33,965 nucleotides of DNA, taken from the NCBI GenBank assembly GCA_038087875.1, contig JAXLNO010000474.1, positions 1 through 33,965 of the forward strand. The letters run 5' to 3'. The position numbers were made by a program, and so were the translations under genes. The notes under the pieces are model-generated. The model worked only from the letters and a program-made list of their open reading frames with translations, did not search any database and was not told the DNA's origin. This document shows, one piece after another, positions 31,682-33,965 of this stretch. The stretch comes from Malacoraja senta (lineage: Eukaryota). The first letter of the stretch is position 1. Every line of letters begins with the position of its first letter.

Positions 31682-31760
31682 GTAAGTCCTAGAAGCATGG
31701 AGTCTTGTGGGGATGGTGATGGCTTGTGGGCCGTGCCAGTTTTACTCTGATAATCATAAA

Positions 31761-32060
31761 GGCAGCGCGGTGGCGCAGCGGAAGAGTTGCCGCCTCACAG
31801 CGCCGGAGACCCGGGTTCCATCCTGACTACGGGTGCTGTCTGTACGGAGTTTGTACGTTCTCCCTGCGACCGCGTGGGTTTTCTCCGGGTGCTCCGGTTT
31901 CCTTCCACGCTCCAAAGACGTGCAGGTTTGTAGGTTAATTGGCTTCTGTAAATAATCCCTAGTGCTTAAGGTGGTGCGATTGTACGGGGGGATCGCTGGT
32001 CGGCACGGACTCGGAGGACCGAAGCGCCTGCTTCCGTGCTGTATCTCTAAAGTCTAAAGT
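31761..32060 (+). mobile_element. HE1-like V-SINE
   Basis: Head, V-domain, tail. Confidence 0.88.
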
Positions 32061-32225
32061 TTCAAGTCACCTATCCATTTCTCCAGAGATGCTGCCTTAC
32101 CCATTGATGTCACCCTAGCACTTTGTGTCCTTTTGTGTACGAACCGGCATCCGCAGTTCCTTGTTTCGACGTGGATAGGTAACTTTTAGGATTGGGACCC
32201 TTCTTCAGACTCGGTGAATACAATA

Positions 32226-32855
32226 GATAGAAACATAGACATGGAAACATGGAAAATAGGTGCAGGAGTAGTCCATTCAGCCCTTCGAGCCTGCATCACC
32301 ATTCAATATGATCATGGCTGATACATAGATACATAGAAAATAGGTGCAGGAGTAGGCCATTCAGCCCTTCGAGCCTGCACCGCCATTCAATATGATCATG
32401 GCTGATCATCCAACTCAGTATCCAGTACCTGCCTTCTCTCCATACCCCCTGATCCCTTTAGCCACAAGGACCACATCTAACTCCCTCTTAAATATAGCCA
32501 ATGAACTGGCCTCAACTACCTTCTGTGGCAGAGAATTCCAGAGATTCACCACTCTCTGTGTGAAAAATGTTTTTCTCATCTCGGTCCTAAAAGACTTCCC
32601 CCTTATCCTTAAACTGTGACCCCTTGTTCTGGACTTCCCCAACATCGGGAACAATCTTCCTGCATCTAGCCTGTCCAACCCCTTAAGAATTTTGTAAGTT
32701 TCTATAAGATCCCCTCTCAGTCTTCTAAATTCCAGCGAGTACAAGCCAAGTCTATCCAGTCTTTCTTCATATGAAAGTCCTGCCATATCAGGAATCAGTC
32801 TGGTGAACCTTCTCTGTACTCCCTCTATGGCAAGAATGTCTTTCCTCGGATTAGG
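32226..32855 (-). mobile_element. CR1 LINE 3' fragment with tandemly duplicated 3' end
   Basis: 3' UTR stem + tail present twice (about 32226-32322 and 32323-32410). Confidence 0.9.
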
Positions 32856-32955
32856 ATGTTTTGGATACCTCACCAACTAACGAACAGCACGAAGATAAAC
32901 AACAAGACATTTCCTATTGAGAGTTCAGGTTGTAGTTAGTTAGTTTTCCCTAAGT

Positions 32956-33248
32956 TGGCACGGTGGCGCAGACTCACTGCCTCACAGCGCCAGAGTCACG
33001 GGTTCCATCCCGACTACGGGTGCTTGTCTGTACGGAGTTTGTACGTTCCCCCCGTGACCTGCGTGAGTTTTCTCCGAGATCTTCGGTTTCCTCCCACACT
33101 CCAAAGTCGTGCAGGTTTGTAAGTTAATTGGCTTGGTATAAGTGTAAATGGTCCCTAGGATGGTGTTAATGTGCGGGGATCGCTGGTCGGCGCGGACTCG
33201 GTGGGCCGAAGGCCCTGTTTCTGCGCTGTATCTCTAAACTAAACTAAG
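32956..33248 (+). mobile_element. HE1-like V-SINE
   Basis: Head, V-domain, tail. Confidence 0.88.
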
Positions 33249-33276
33249 CTAAGAGCACCTTTAAGAAGGAAAATTT

Positions 33277-33446
33277 TCCAGATGCTGGAAAATCGAAGGT
33301 AGACAAAAATGCTGGAGAACCTCAGCAGGTGAGGCAGCATCTATGGAGCGAAGGAAATAGGCGACGTTTCGGTCTGAAGAAGGGTCTCGACCCGAAACGT
33401 CGCCTATTTCCTTCGCTCCATAGATGCTGCCTCACCCGCTGAGTTT
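33277..33446. mobile_element. Head-to-head Penelope pLTR pair with an intact hammerhead motif (33374-33401, +)
   Basis: About 55-bp inverted arms CTCAGC.GGTGAGGCAGCATCTATGGAGCGAAGGAAATAGGCGACGTTTCGG around TCTGAAGAAGGGTCTCGAC. Confidence 0.85.
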
Positions 33447-33678
33447 AAACTAAGAGCATGATGTGTAACTAATGTGAGGAGATGTTAACACTTTAAGCAA
33501 ATGGCAAAACTGTGGCAAATGGATTTAAAGTGTTCACATAACAAATAATAAAGAGGAGAATTTTCTAAATAATGGAAATCTAGAAGTGTTGGAGGTTCAT
33601 AATGGGTCTTGCATAATATGTCATGAAGAATTACAGATGTGAATCAAAAATGTCCGTGGACACATTGGACTTTTTATT

Positions 33679-33965
33679 CATAAGTTATAGGAGCAGAATT
33701 AGGCCATTCGGCCCCATCGGATCACCATTCAATCACGGCTGGTCTATCTTTCCCTCTCAACCCCATTCTCCTGCCTTCTCCCCATAACCCCTGACACCCG
33801 TACTAATCAAGAATCTGACAATATCCACCTTAAAAATATCCACGGACTTGGCCTCCACAGCCGTCTGTGGCAATGAATTCCACAGATTCACCACCCTCTG
33901 GCTAAAGAAATTCCTCCTCGTCTCCTTCCTAAAGGAACGTCCTTTAATTCTGAGGCTGTGACCTC
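33679..33965 (-). mobile_element. CR1 LINE 3' end (runs off the window)
   Basis: Reverse-complement homologue of 10914-11165. Confidence 0.88.

Overview
Eukaryotic genomic DNA, almost certainly from a cartilaginous fish (inferred from HE1-type V-SINEs and HER1/CR1-type LINEs; skate/ray plausible). The window is mostly intron of a + strand WWC/KIBRA-family Hippo-pathway gene, best matching WWC2. Four short coding exons splice in frame with canonical AG/GT sites: 9020-9129, 22862-23065, 27914-27990 and 31602-31681 (equivalent to exons 2-5: WW2 and the first coiled coil). Exon 1 and the later exons lie outside the window. The rest is a dense, nested mosaic of transposons: 3' fragments of several CR1 subfamilies, 13 tRNA-headed V-SINEs (all + strand), Penelope-like elements with minimal hammerhead ribozyme motifs, Rex1/Babar, L2, RTE and probable HERO derivatives, four PIF/Harbinger-like MITEs and a hAT MITE. 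Most ORF-track entries are TE fragments or their antisense shadows. Best leads: (i) hammerhead-bearing Penelope derivatives and a twice-occurring composite of 66-bp arrays plus a foldback; (ii) a TEAD-motif cluster in unique intron-1 DNA; (iii) a WWC2-type paralogue in a chondrichthyan; (iv) internally deleted LINE derivatives; (v) complete strand bias of the SINEs. All family assignments are by eye and from memory, with no database search; TE boundaries are approximate to about 10 bp.
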